The position numbers were made by a program, and so were the translations under genes. Below the pieces are notes generated by a model. The model had not been told where the DNA came from. It saw nothing but the letters and a program-made list of their open reading frames with translations, and ran no database searches. 64,000 nucleotides of DNA from assembly GCF_037327425.1 (NCBI RefSeq), contig NZ_CP147846.1, positions 2,604,963-2,668,962 on the forward strand. Reading direction: 5' to 3'. Positions 22,814-34,249 of this stretch are shown piece after piece. The stretch comes from Rhodococcus sovatensis. GTDB taxonomy: Bacteria > Actinomycetota > Actinomycetes > Mycobacteriales > Mycobacteriaceae. Within the stretch, counting starts at the first letter, position 1, and each line of letters begins with the position of its first letter.

Positions 22814-24978
22814 GCGTGTCGTCCAATTCTCATCACACTGCGCGTCAGACAGTCAGCCACCCTGCCCGCGCGGACTTCCCTGCCCCGGGATCAGCGTTCC
22901 CCCTCGGGGCGACCGCCACCAAAGGTGGTACGCAATTCGCAGTCCACTCCCCCGACGCCGAAGGTGTCGAGATCTGCCTCGTCGACGACGACGGCAGCGA
23001 GCGGCGCGTCGAACTGCGCAGTCGAACCTTCGGAATCTGGCACGGATTCGTCCCCGGCGTCGAGCCTGGAGAGCGGTACGGGATCCGAGCGCACGGCCCG
23101 TGGGATCCATCGAACGGACGTCGTTTCAACGCGCACAAGATTCTGCTGGATCCGGCCGCTCGGCAGATCACCGGGCGTCTCGGGACCGCCACCGCGCTCC
23201 TGCCCTACGACGACGAGCCATTCGGCCAGGCAAGCAAGGTCGACTCGCTCGGCCACATGCCGCTGTCCGTGGTCACCTCGGCGCCTACCGGTCGACTGCT
23301 CCACCGACCGGCAGTGCCGTGGGATCGAACCGTTCTGTACGAGCTGCACGTGGGCGCGTACACGGCCCGGCACCCCGGTGTGCCGATCAGCCATCGTGGC
23401 ACCTATCTCGGCCTGACGGCACCAGCGGTGCTGGAACATCTCACTCGGCTGGGCGTGACGACCGTGGAACTCCTGCCGGTACAGGCGATGCTGACCGAAT
23501 CGGACGTACGTGCTCGCGGGATGCGCAATCACTGGGGCTATTCGACCGGTGCCTACTTCGCGCCGGATCCTCGGTTCGCCTCGGTTCCGGGCAACGAGAT
23601 CTCCGAATTCAAGGTGATGGTCGACGCACTGCATTCGGTCGGAATCGAAATCGTCCTCGACGTTGTCTACAACCACACGTGCGAGTCGTCCGTTGCCGGG
23701 CCGTCGATCAGTTGGCGCGGGCTCGACGCACCCGGGTACTACTTGCTCGACGGCCGCGGGTACGACGTCGACCTCACCGGCTGCGGAAACACGCTGGACT
23801 CGGCGTCACCTGCCGTCGTACGCATGGTGTGCGACAGCCTCCGATACTGGGCCGAGGAGATGGGCGTCGACGGATTCCGATTCGACCTCGCCAGCACCCT
23901 TGGCCGACCAGGTGGATGGCGATTCGATTCTCGCGCTCCGCTTCTCACTGCCATCACCACCGATCCGGTCCTGTCGAGTCGAAAGTTGATCGCCGAGCCG
24001 TGGGATGCCACCGGAGCCGGCTACGAGGTGGGTGGATTCGGCAGCATGTGGTCGGAATGGAACGACCGATACCGTGACACCGTACGTCGGTTCTGGTCCG
24101 GGCAATCCGGCGTCAGGGAACTCGCGTCGAGGCTTGCCGGCTCGGAGGACATCTACGGCGGTGGCGTCCGAAAGCCATGGGCATCGGTCAATTTCGTCAC
24201 CGCACACGACGGTTTCACCGTCCACGATCTGGTGTCGTACTCGCACAAGCACAACGAGGCGAACGGCGAGGAGAACCGAGACGGCACCGACAACAATCTG
24301 TCCAGCAATCATGGGGTCGAGGGCCCGACCACCGATCCATCGATCCTCTCTGCGCGTGCTCGCCACGCACGTGCACTGCTTGCGACGCTCACCCTGTCGA
24401 CCGGCACGCCGATGCTTCTCGGCGGAGACGAATTGGGACACACTCAATTCGGCAACAACAATGCCTACTGCGTTCCCACCGACGCCGCTGCCGCCGACTC
24501 GTGGGCGATCGAGTGGTCGGACATCGACACCGACCTGGTCGCGTTCGTCACACGGTTGCTGCGCATCCGACGCAGCGCGCCTTCACTCCGCCAACAGGAA
24601 TTCTTCATCGGTCGCGACACCCTGACCGGCAGGCCGGATCTCGTGTGGTTCGATGCGTTCGGGCACGAGATGAGTACGGAATCCTGGAACGACGACTCCG
24701 TGCGAACGATGCAGGCATGGGTGGACGGTGGCGACGTCCGCTCCTACTTTCCTGACGGCGTGCCCGTGGACGACGCCAGTTCGTTGTTGATCGTGCACTC
24801 CGGTGGTCCGACGGAAGTCTCGTTGGCCTGCCCGAGCTGGGCGGCAACACGATTCGTTCCAGTCTTCGATTCCTCGTCGGCGGACGGAGTGCCCGCGGAC
24901 TCCTCCCCCATCGAAGCAGGTTCGTCGATCGCACTGTCCGGTGCGACGGTGCTCGTTCTGCGCAGCGACGGTAAGTAG
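22814..24978 (+). CDS. glgX: Glycogen debranching enzyme GlgX (GH13)
   Basis: N-terminal FPLGATATKGGTQFAVHS plus GH13 catalytic regions GFRFDLAS, EPWD and FVTAHDGFT. GTG start at 22814 chosen from an alignment-like N-terminus; the upstream ORF extension overlaps the divergent ABC gene. Confidence 0.85.
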
Positions 24979-25574
24979 GTCATGAACAGCTGAACCAGCG
25001 GCCCGATTCCTAACGCGTACAACAGAGTTCCTACTCCGACATTGCCACCGAGCAGCCAACCTGTCGCGACCACAACCAATTCGATGCACGTGCGAACCAA
25101 GCGGATGGACAGACCGGTACGCGCGACGAGTCCCGTCATCAGGCCGTCGCGCGGCCCCGGGCCCATCTCTGCGCCGATGTACAACGCAGTCGCGAACGCG
25201 TTCATGACGATCCCGGTCGTCAGCAGCGCTACCCGCGCTGCCACGCCGTCGACCGCAGGGAGCAAACTCAGTGAGACGTCGACCGACACAGCGATGACCA
25301 CCACGTTGCTCACGGTGCCCAAGCCTGGCTTCTGCCGCAGCGGGATCCACGCGAGCAGAACCACGAGTCCGGTCAATGCGGTGATCATCCCGAAGCTCAG
25401 TGGCAGGTGCCTGCTTACACCCTGATGGAACACGTCCCACGGGTCGAGGCCGAGGCTCGCGGTCACCATCAACGCCATCGAGAGACCGTAGAGCCAGAGC
25501 CCGACATAGAGCGCAAACAGACGGACAGTGAGTTCTCGGGCGCGGCGGTTCGATCGCATGCCGTCCAGTGTCAT
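24744..25574 (-). CDS. Integral membrane protein (YczE/YitT-like) with a hydrophilic C-terminal tail
   Basis: Six predicted transmembrane segments. The 70-aa low-complexity tail overlaps the glgX 3' end by 235 bp. Confidence 0.55.
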   Translation of the reverse strand: MTLDGMRSNRRARELTVRLFALYVGLWLYGLSMALMVTASLGLDPWDVFHQGVSRHLPLSFGMITALTGLVVLLAWIPLRQKPGLGTVSNVVVIAVSVDVSLSLLPAVDGVAARVALLTTGIVMNAFATALYIGAEMGPGPRDGLMTGLVARTGLSIRLVRTCIELVVVATGWLLGGNVGVGTLLYALGIGPLVQLFMTYLPSLRRTSTVAPDSAIDEPASMGEESAGTPSADEESKTGTNRVAAQLGQANETSVGPPECTINNELASSTGTPSGK

Positions 25575-25624
25575 CGCTTACTGGCATCTTCAGAAACAGC
25601 CAGTTCGACGACAGTGGACCCTGA

Positions 25625-27741
<2,117 letters not shown>

Positions 27742-29568
27742 TTACTTCGGATCCGGGTCGCCGGAGTGTTCGTGGTCGCTGGTGGACAGTGGTGCGCGGC
27801 GTGCCTGTTCGAGGACTTCGGTGGTCTGTCCTCCGTGACTGCCCGGTCCGACGTGGGCTTCGGCGCGGAGCCGTTCGACCATGTGCGGATAGTGCAGTTC
27901 GAACGCCGGCCGTTCGGACCGGATCCGTGGCAACTCCGTGAAATTGTGCCGCGGCGGCGGGCACGAGGTCGCCCACTCCAACGAGTTGCCGTAACCCCAC
28001 GGATCATCGACAGTGACCACTTCCCCGTACCGGTAGGACTTGAACACATTCCACACGAACGGCAACGTCGAGGCACCGAGCACGAACGCACCGATCGTGG
28101 AAATGATGTTGAGCGTCGTGAACCCATCCGAAGCCAGATAATCCGCATACCGACGCGGCATACCTTCGTTCCCGAGCCAATGCTGCACCAAGAACGTGCC
28201 GTGGAACCCGAAGAACGTCAACCAGAAATGCCACTTACCGAGCGTCTCGTCCATCATCCGGCCCGTCATCTTCGGGAACCAGAAGTAGATACCGGCATAC
28301 GTCGCGAACACCACCGTCCCGAACACCACATAATGGAAATGCGCGATCACGAAGTACGTATCGGTGACATGAAAATCGATCGGCGGGCTAGCGAGCAACA
28401 CACCCGACAACCCACCGAAGAGGAACGTGATCAAAAACCCGATCGAGAACAACATCGGCGTCTCGAGCGTCACCTGACCACGCCACATCGTGCCGATCCA
28501 GTTGAAGATCTTCACCCCCGTCGGCACCGCGATCAAGAACGTCATGAACGAGAAGAACGGCAACAACACCGCACCAGTGGCATACATATGATGCGCCCAC
28601 ACCGCAATCGACAGCGCCGCGATCGCGATCGTCGCATAGATCAACGTGGTGTACCCGAACATCGGCTTACGCGAGAACACCGGGAAAATCTCCGACACGA
28701 TCCCGAAGAACGGCAACGCGATGATGTACACCTCGGGATGACCGAAGAACCAGAACAAGTGCTGCCACAACAACACCCCACCAGTGGCCGGATCGAACAA
28801 ATGCGCACCCAGATGACGATCGGCCGCCAACCCCAACAACGCCGCCGTCAACAACGGAAACGCCAACAAAATCAAAATCGACGTCACCAAAATGTTCCAC
28901 GTGAAAATCGGCATCCGGAACATCGTCATACCCGGCGCCCGCAAACAAATCACCGTCGTGATCATGTTGACACCACCCAAAATGGTGCCCAAACCAGCCA
29001 CAGCGAGGCCCATGATCCACAGATCAGCACCCACACCAGGCGAATGCAGAGCCGACGTGAGCGGGGTGTACGCCGTCCACCCGAAATCAGCAGCACCACC
29101 AGGAGTGATGAACCCAGCCGTGGTGATCAACGCACCGAACAGATACAACCAATACGAAAACGCATTCAACCGCGGAAACGCCACATCCGGAGCACCGATC
29201 TGCAACGGCAAAATGTAGTTCGCGAACCCGAACACGATCGGCGTCGCATACAACAGCAACATGATCGTGCCGTGCATCGTGAACAGCTGGTTGTACTGCT
29301 CATTGGACAGGAACTGCATCCCCGGCACAGCCAACTCGGCACGCATCAACAACGCCATCAAGCCACCGACGAGGAAAAACGCAATAGACGTCGCGATGTA
29401 CATGATCCCCAACACCTTGGGATCAGTCGTCGTCACCGCCTTGTGAAGAAAAGAACCCTTCGGTCCCATCCGCGGCGGAAAAGGCCTCACCGCCGAAACA
29501 GCGGGAGTTGGCCTAGGCGCTAGGGCAGTCACTGATCCTCCTGAAGATGCGTACCACCCCTCTTGCAA
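27742..29568 (-). CDS. ctaD: Cytochrome c oxidase (aa3) subunit I
   Basis: Canonical CtaD helices and His ligands ([13 protein letters not shown]). The true start is probably a GTG near 29532. Confidence 0.95.
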   Translation of the reverse strand: MQEGWYASSGGSVTALAPRPTPAVSAVRPFPPRMGPKGSFLHKAVTTTDPKVLGIMYIATSIAFFLVGGLMALLMRAELAVPGMQFLSNEQYNQLFTMHGTIMLLLYATPIVFGFANYILPLQIGAPDVAFPRLNAFSYWLYLFGALITTAGFITPGGAADFGWTAYTPLTSALHSPGVGADLWIMGLAVAGLGTILGGVNMITTVICLRAPGMTMFRMPIFTWNILVTSILILLAFPLLTAALLGLAADRHLGAHLFDPATGGVLLWQHLFWFFGHPEVYIIALPFFGIVSEIFPVFSRKPMFGYTTLIYATIAIAALSIAVWAHHMYATGAVLLPFFSFMTFLIAVPTGVKIFNWIGTMWRGQVTLETPMLFSIGFLITFLFGGLSGVLLASPPIDFHVTDTYFVIAHFHYVVFGTVVFATYAGIYFWFPKMTGRMMDETLGKWHFWLTFFGFHGTFLVQHWLGNEGMPRRYADYLASDGFTTLNIISTIGAFVLGASTLPFVWNVFKSYRYGEVVTVDDPWGYGNSLEWATSCPPPRHNFTELPRIRSERPAFELHYPHMVERLRAEAHVGPGSHGGQTTEVLEQARRAPLSTSDHEHSGDPDPK

Positions 29569-29699
29569 GAGGTGGGACGTCCTGGTGTCTTGCGCTCCTC
29601 GAATCGTAGACCGTGCGGATGCTGAGCGCCGAACCGGTCCTACCGTGTGTCGTATTGGGGTGTCGCACCAGCATGAGGCACGTGCCGAGCGCCGACCGA

Positions 29700-29718
29700 T
29701 GAGGTAGGGCTAACTTGT
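29700..29718. promoter_or_regulatory. IdeR (iron box)-like motif upstream of fecB
   Basis: tgaggtagggctaacttgt matches the consensus TTAGGTTAGGCTAACCTAA at 13 of 19 positions. Confidence 0.3.
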
Positions 29719-29805
29719 TTCACAGTCCGCTCCAGGCAATTCCACGCACGCAACCCGTAGTGGATAAGGTGTGACGGCATCCCACTCCCGTTAGGAACTT
29801 CACTG

Positions 29806-30870
29806 TTGACCGAACAGTCTTCTGTGCGCACCGCAGCCGTCACGCTGGCCGTCGGAGCGCTCGTCTTGGTTGCCGGGTGCTCGGGAGGCTCGACAGCCAG
29901 CGACAACGCGTCGACGATCGTCCGCAGCACGACCAACATCGCCGGTGCCGGCGTGGTGGGCAACGACCGCGAGACCGTCGGACTGTGCCCAGACATGGCA
30001 CCGATGGATCCGACCGGCGTCGAGGGCTCGATCCGTCCGGTCGGCCACAGTGAAGGCATCACCGAGGTTCCGGCCGATCCGATGCGGGTGGTCGTACTGG
30101 ATCCGGCGGCACTCGATGCGACATGCGCCCTTGGTGTGTGGGAGCGGGTCGTGGGCGCCTCCACGCTGAACCCCTTCTTCCGAGGCGACGGCGACCAGGA
30201 GCTGTACCTCGGCACCGGAATCGCGGAGATCCCCACCGTCGGGACGGTCGGTGCGCCCGACATCGATGCGATCGTCGGCCTCGAGCCCGACCTCATCATC
30301 GGCTCGGATTCCCTGGGGTCCGAGCTGTACGACTCCCTGACCGATATCGCCCCGACCGTGTTCACCTCCGCCGACGACGGCTGGAAAGGTGCGTTCCTGC
30401 AATCAGCCGCCGCCCTCGGCCGCGGAGGCACTGCCTTCGAGGAGTTGGCTCGCTTCAGCGCCGACGCCCAGCAGGTCGGCCGGGATGTCAACGCGAACCA
30501 GACTCAGGCATCCGTCGTTCGATTCCTTCCGGACTCGATCGTGTCCGACAGCCGCTCGTCCTTTGCAGGCGAAGTACTCGACGAGATCGGCGTGCAGCGC
30601 CCCCCGTCACAACGCGACGCTGCAACTGTGGTTCCCGCCGACGACCTCGCAGGCGCCGAAGGCGACATCGTCTACGTACGATTCGACGGAGACGACGGCG
30701 AAAGCTACGGCCGAAGTGTCATGACGAGCGACGCGTGGGAGGACCTGGGCTCGGCGAAGGACGGTCGCATCTTCGTCGTGAACGACACCGTGTGGTCCGG
30801 CAGCGGAGTCATGGCAGCGAGAGCAATCCTCGCGGACGTGACCAACTCGCTCAACGCCTACGTTTCCTGA
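29806..30870 (+). CDS. fecB: Iron-siderophore ABC transporter substrate-binding lipoprotein
   Basis: TTG start; signal peptide with lipobox LVAGCSG; class 8 periplasmic binding-protein fold (Rv3044-like). Confidence 0.85.
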   Translation: MTEQSSVRTAAVTLAVGALVLVAGCSGGSTASDNASTIVRSTTNIAGAGVVGNDRETVGLCPDMAPMDPTGVEGSIRPVGHSEGITEVPADPMRVVVLDPAALDATCALGVWERVVGASTLNPFFRGDGDQELYLGTGIAEIPTVGTVGAPDIDAIVGLEPDLIIGSDSLGSELYDSLTDIAPTVFTSADDGWKGAFLQSAAALGRGGTAFEELARFSADAQQVGRDVNANQTQASVVRFLPDSIVSDSRSSFAGEVLDEIGVQRPPSQRDAATVVPADDLAGAEGDIVYVRFDGDDGESYGRSVMTSDAWEDLGSAKDGRIFVVNDTVWSGSGVMAARAILADVTNSLNAYVS

Positions 30871-30871
30871 C

Positions 30872-31345
30872 ATGCCGATCCCCGAATTCGTTCTGGCACT
30901 TCGCAGCAAGGTCGGCACGTCACCTCTGTGGCTCTCCGGGGTCAGCGCAGTGATCGTCGGTGACGACGGCCGGATACTCCTGACCCGTCGCCGCGACAAC
31001 GGCAAGTGGGCCGTAGTGTCCGGGATCCTCGAACCCGGTGAGGAACCCGGGCCCGCGGCGTTGCGCGAGATCAGCGAAGAGACCGGCATCGAAGCCGAAC
31101 TGGTGCGACTGACCAGCGTCGACGTCACCGACAAGATCACCTACCCGAACGGCGACGTCGCTCAATATCTGGACATCACGTTCCTGGCGCGGCACCTATC
31201 GGGCACCGCCGTCGTATCGGACGACGAGAATCTGGCGGTCGAATGGTTCGCCGTCGACGCTCTGCCCGACAACCTCGCCGACACCTCACGTCTGCGTATC
31301 GAGCACGCGCTCAGTGGCGTACCCGGGGCGTGGTTCCGCCGCTGA
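30872..31345 (+). CDS. NUDIX hydrolase (MutT-like)
   Basis: Nudix box GILEPGEEPGPAALREISEETGI. Confidence 0.8.
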   Translation: MPIPEFVLALRSKVGTSPLWLSGVSAVIVGDDGRILLTRRRDNGKWAVVSGILEPGEEPGPAALREISEETGIEAELVRLTSVDVTDKITYPNGDVAQYLDITFLARHLSGTAVVSDDENLAVEWFAVDALPDNLADTSRLRIEHALSGVPGAWFRR

Positions 31346-31371
31346 TCGGGAGCCCGAGGCGGTTGCACTCC

Positions 31372-31560
31372 CCCATTTCGGTGACCGACTGTCTACTTCG
31401 GTCACCTGGCGGGACCGAATGTCTACTTCAGTCACTCTGAGTGCGCGAATGTCTGTTTCGGTCACCTGGCGGGACCGAATGTCTACTTCAGTCACTCTGA
31501 GTGCGCGAATGTCTGTTTCGGTCACCTGTGGGCCAGCGAACGACTCATTCGGTCACCCAG
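31372..31560. repeat. Phased direct-repeat array: three 60-bp units, equal to six ~30-bp sub-repeats
   Basis: The 60-mers at 31381-31440, 31441-31500 and 31501-31560 are near-identical; copy 2 is identical to copy 1 from position 31390, and the third copy degenerates in its second half. The core GAATGTCT-NN-TTC-N-GTCAC recurs at 31386, 31416, 31447, 31476, 31507 and 31538. Confidence 0.95.
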
Positions 31561-31573
31561 GCGAGCCGAAAAT

Positions 31574-31595
31574 GTGATATCACTTTAGTATCACC
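31574..31595 (+). promoter_or_regulatory. Palindromic operator/promoter element upstream of the SPFH gene
   Basis: Perfect palindrome GTGATATCAC, then TTTAGTATCACC containing a TAGTAT -10-like hexamer, about 20 bp before the strong RBS GAGAGGGAGG. Confidence 0.4.
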
Positions 31596-31613
31596 ATCGA
31601 GAGGGAGGTTCAC

Positions 31614-32387
31614 ATGTCCGCACCCGCAACCGTCGCCGAGAAGCCAACGGGTACCCCAACCATCACAATCGCCGAACGGCCCGGGTGGGATCTGCCCGGA
31701 TGGTCGATGCTCGGCGCAGGCCTCGTGCTGTTCCTCGGAGGTATCGCCGCATTCGTGGTCGGCCTGATTTTCACCATTGTCGTCGCGATGGTCGTCGGCG
31801 TCGTGCTGTTCGTCGCGTCGCTTCCAGTCCTGGCCGGCCTGACGCTCGTGCAGCCGAATCAGGCTCGCGTGCTTCAACTTCTAGGGAGTTCGTACAGTGG
31901 CACCCTCCGCACACCCGGATTGCGGTGGACGAATCCGCTGACGTACCGCAAGGCGATCTCGACCCGGATCCGCAATCACGAGACCGCCCAGTCCACCGGC
32001 AGCTACCCCTACGATGCAGAGGATCGAATGTCGTTGCGCGAGAACGCCGACGAGATCACCGGGGCAATGTCCGAGGAGGTGCACGCCAGGGTTCGCGCCG
32101 CAGGTGTCGAGGTGATCGAGACCAGAATCAACCGTCTCGCGTACGCACCCGAGATCGCCCAGGCCATGCTGCGTCGTCAGCAGGCGGGCGCGGTCATTGC
32201 CGCTCGTCGACAGATCGTCGAGGGCGCCGTCGGCATGGTGGATATGGCCCTGGCGAAGCTGGAAGAGAAGCACGTCGTCGAACTCGACGAAGAACGCAAG
32301 GCCACGATGGTCTCGAACCTACTCGTCGTGCTGTGTAGCGACCGCGACACACAGCCCGTGGTGAATGCCGGATCGCTGTACCAGTGA
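31614..32387 (+). CDS. SPFH/band-7 (stomatin-prohibitin-like) membrane protein
   Basis: ATG at 31614 with SD GAGGGAGG. Two N-terminal transmembrane helices followed by an SPFH core ([30 protein letters not shown]) and coiled coil. Confidence 0.7.
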   Translation: MSAPATVAEKPTGTPTITIAERPGWDLPGWSMLGAGLVLFLGGIAAFVVGLIFTIVVAMVVGVVLFVASLPVLAGLTLVQPNQARVLQLLGSSYSGTLRTPGLRWTNPLTYRKAISTRIRNHETAQSTGSYPYDAEDRMSLRENADEITGAMSEEVHARVRAAGVEVIETRINRLAYAPEIAQAMLRRQQAGAVIAARRQIVEGAVGMVDMALAKLEEKHVVELDEERKATMVSNLLVVLCSDRDTQPVVNAGSLYQ

Positions 32388-32390
32388 CCC

Positions 32391-32588
32391 ATGGCTGCCG
32401 ATCGTAAGAAACTTCTGCTTCGGCTGGACCCAGCGGTGCACGACGCCCTTGCCCGCTGGGCCGCCGACGATCTCCGCAGCACCAATGCGCAGATCGAATT
32501 CCTGCTTCGCCGCGCGTTGGCCGAGCACGGACGAATGCCGAAGAACGCGGACAACATGCGCAAACAGGGACGTCCGCCGAGCTCCTGA
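32391..32588 (+). CDS. Ribbon-helix-helix (Arc/MetJ/CopG-like) small DNA-binding protein
   Basis: 65 aa; [36 protein letters not shown] is a typical RHH beta-strand plus two helices. Starts 3 bp after the SPFH stop. Confidence 0.65.
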   Translation: MAADRKKLLLRLDPAVHDALARWAADDLRSTNAQIEFLLRRALAEHGRMPKNADNMRKQGRPPSS

Positions 32589-32629
32589 GTGCTCGGCAGG
32601 CGTCCCTGCCCGTGAATATCGAGGCGCTT

Positions 32630-33685
<1,056 letters not shown>

Positions 33686-33833
33686 TCACAAGTGTGCCGA
33701 GCGAGCATCAGCTAGGGCCCGATTTCGCAAAAACTAGCGGAGCGGCCGATATTCCGCTCAGCCCAAGTTACACGAGTGCGATTCTCGTGAGTACATGACA
33801 CGCCAAACCTGACTCCCAAAACCGTTGTCGCAC

Positions 33834-33867
33834 AAAAAAAGTGGCGGCGGACAATGTCCACCGCCAC
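33834..33867 (-). terminator. Intrinsic terminator downstream of the small ORF
   Basis: The minus strand reads GTGGCGGTGGACATTGTCCGCCGCCAC followed by TTTTTTT. Confidence 0.75.
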
Positions 33868-33940
33868 TTCCCACGCACCCCCACAGTGACTCATGGAGCC
33901 CCAAACAGAGCGTGCGCTGTGATCCGTGAGTAAACGCAGA

Positions 33941-34066
33941 TCACCTTCCCTTACCGCGCCGAATCGTCTCGGTCTGAGTAGTCCGCGGCGACTTCCTTGC
34001 AGCCGACGGCGGCAAGAACCGACCCGTGATCGAACTTCGAACGACCTTTGTGATCTTCTTTGTCAT
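33941..34066 (-). CDS. Small basic protein (41 aa), candidate independent gene between nrdE and nrdF
   Basis: Not in the ORF track (shorter than 60 aa). Near-perfect SD GAAGGAGGTGAAGTC-ATG. Product MTKKITKVVRSSITGRFLPPSAARKSPRTTQTETIRRGKGR. Upstream promoter-like TTGATG-N17-TATACG; the terminator lies 75 nt downstream. Confidence 0.5.
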   Translation of the reverse strand: MTKKITKVVRSSITGRFLPPSAARKSPRTTQTETIRRGKGR

Positions 34067-34179
34067 GACTTCACCTCCTTCGGGTTCTCGAAACCCCTCG
34101 GAGCCTCACGCACATGGCAAAGAGCACTCGTATAAGCTTGGTATCCCGACATCAACTGGGACCTCGCTTTGCGGGGTAT

Positions 34180-34213
34180 GAAGAGCCGATCCGTTACAGC
34201 GGATCGGCTCTTC
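34180..34213 (-). terminator. Stem-loop directly after the nrdE stop (terminator or stabiliser, no U-tract)
   Basis: Perfect 14-bp stem GAAGAGCCGATCCG / CGGATCGGCTCTTC with a 6-nt loop. Confidence 0.4.
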
Positions 34214-34249
34214 GCGTTCCCGGACGACTGTTCGCCAGGAAAATCTTGC

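Noticed and set aside
22107-24077. 656-aa ORF on the plus strand
   Set aside because: Alternative frame of glgX with extreme R/G/P composition; the GlgX frame has GH13 motifs.
31372-31560. Possible CRISPR array
   Set aside because: Repeat units abut each other with only about 10 bp of variable sequence between 19-bp cores; there are no spacer-sized unique segments and no cas genes nearby.
31286-31577. ORFs 31286..31525 (-) and 31314..31577 (+) with internally repeated peptides (TEVDIRSRQV.../MSTSVTLSARMSVSVTW...)
   Set aside because: These are artefacts of translating the 60-bp tandem repeat; there is no RBS, and both strands give equally repetitive products.
33926-34135. 69-aa plus-strand ORF in the nrdE-nrdF spacer
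   Set aside because: No RBS and an Arg/Ser-rich composition; the opposite strand carries the well-signalled 41-codon ORF instead.
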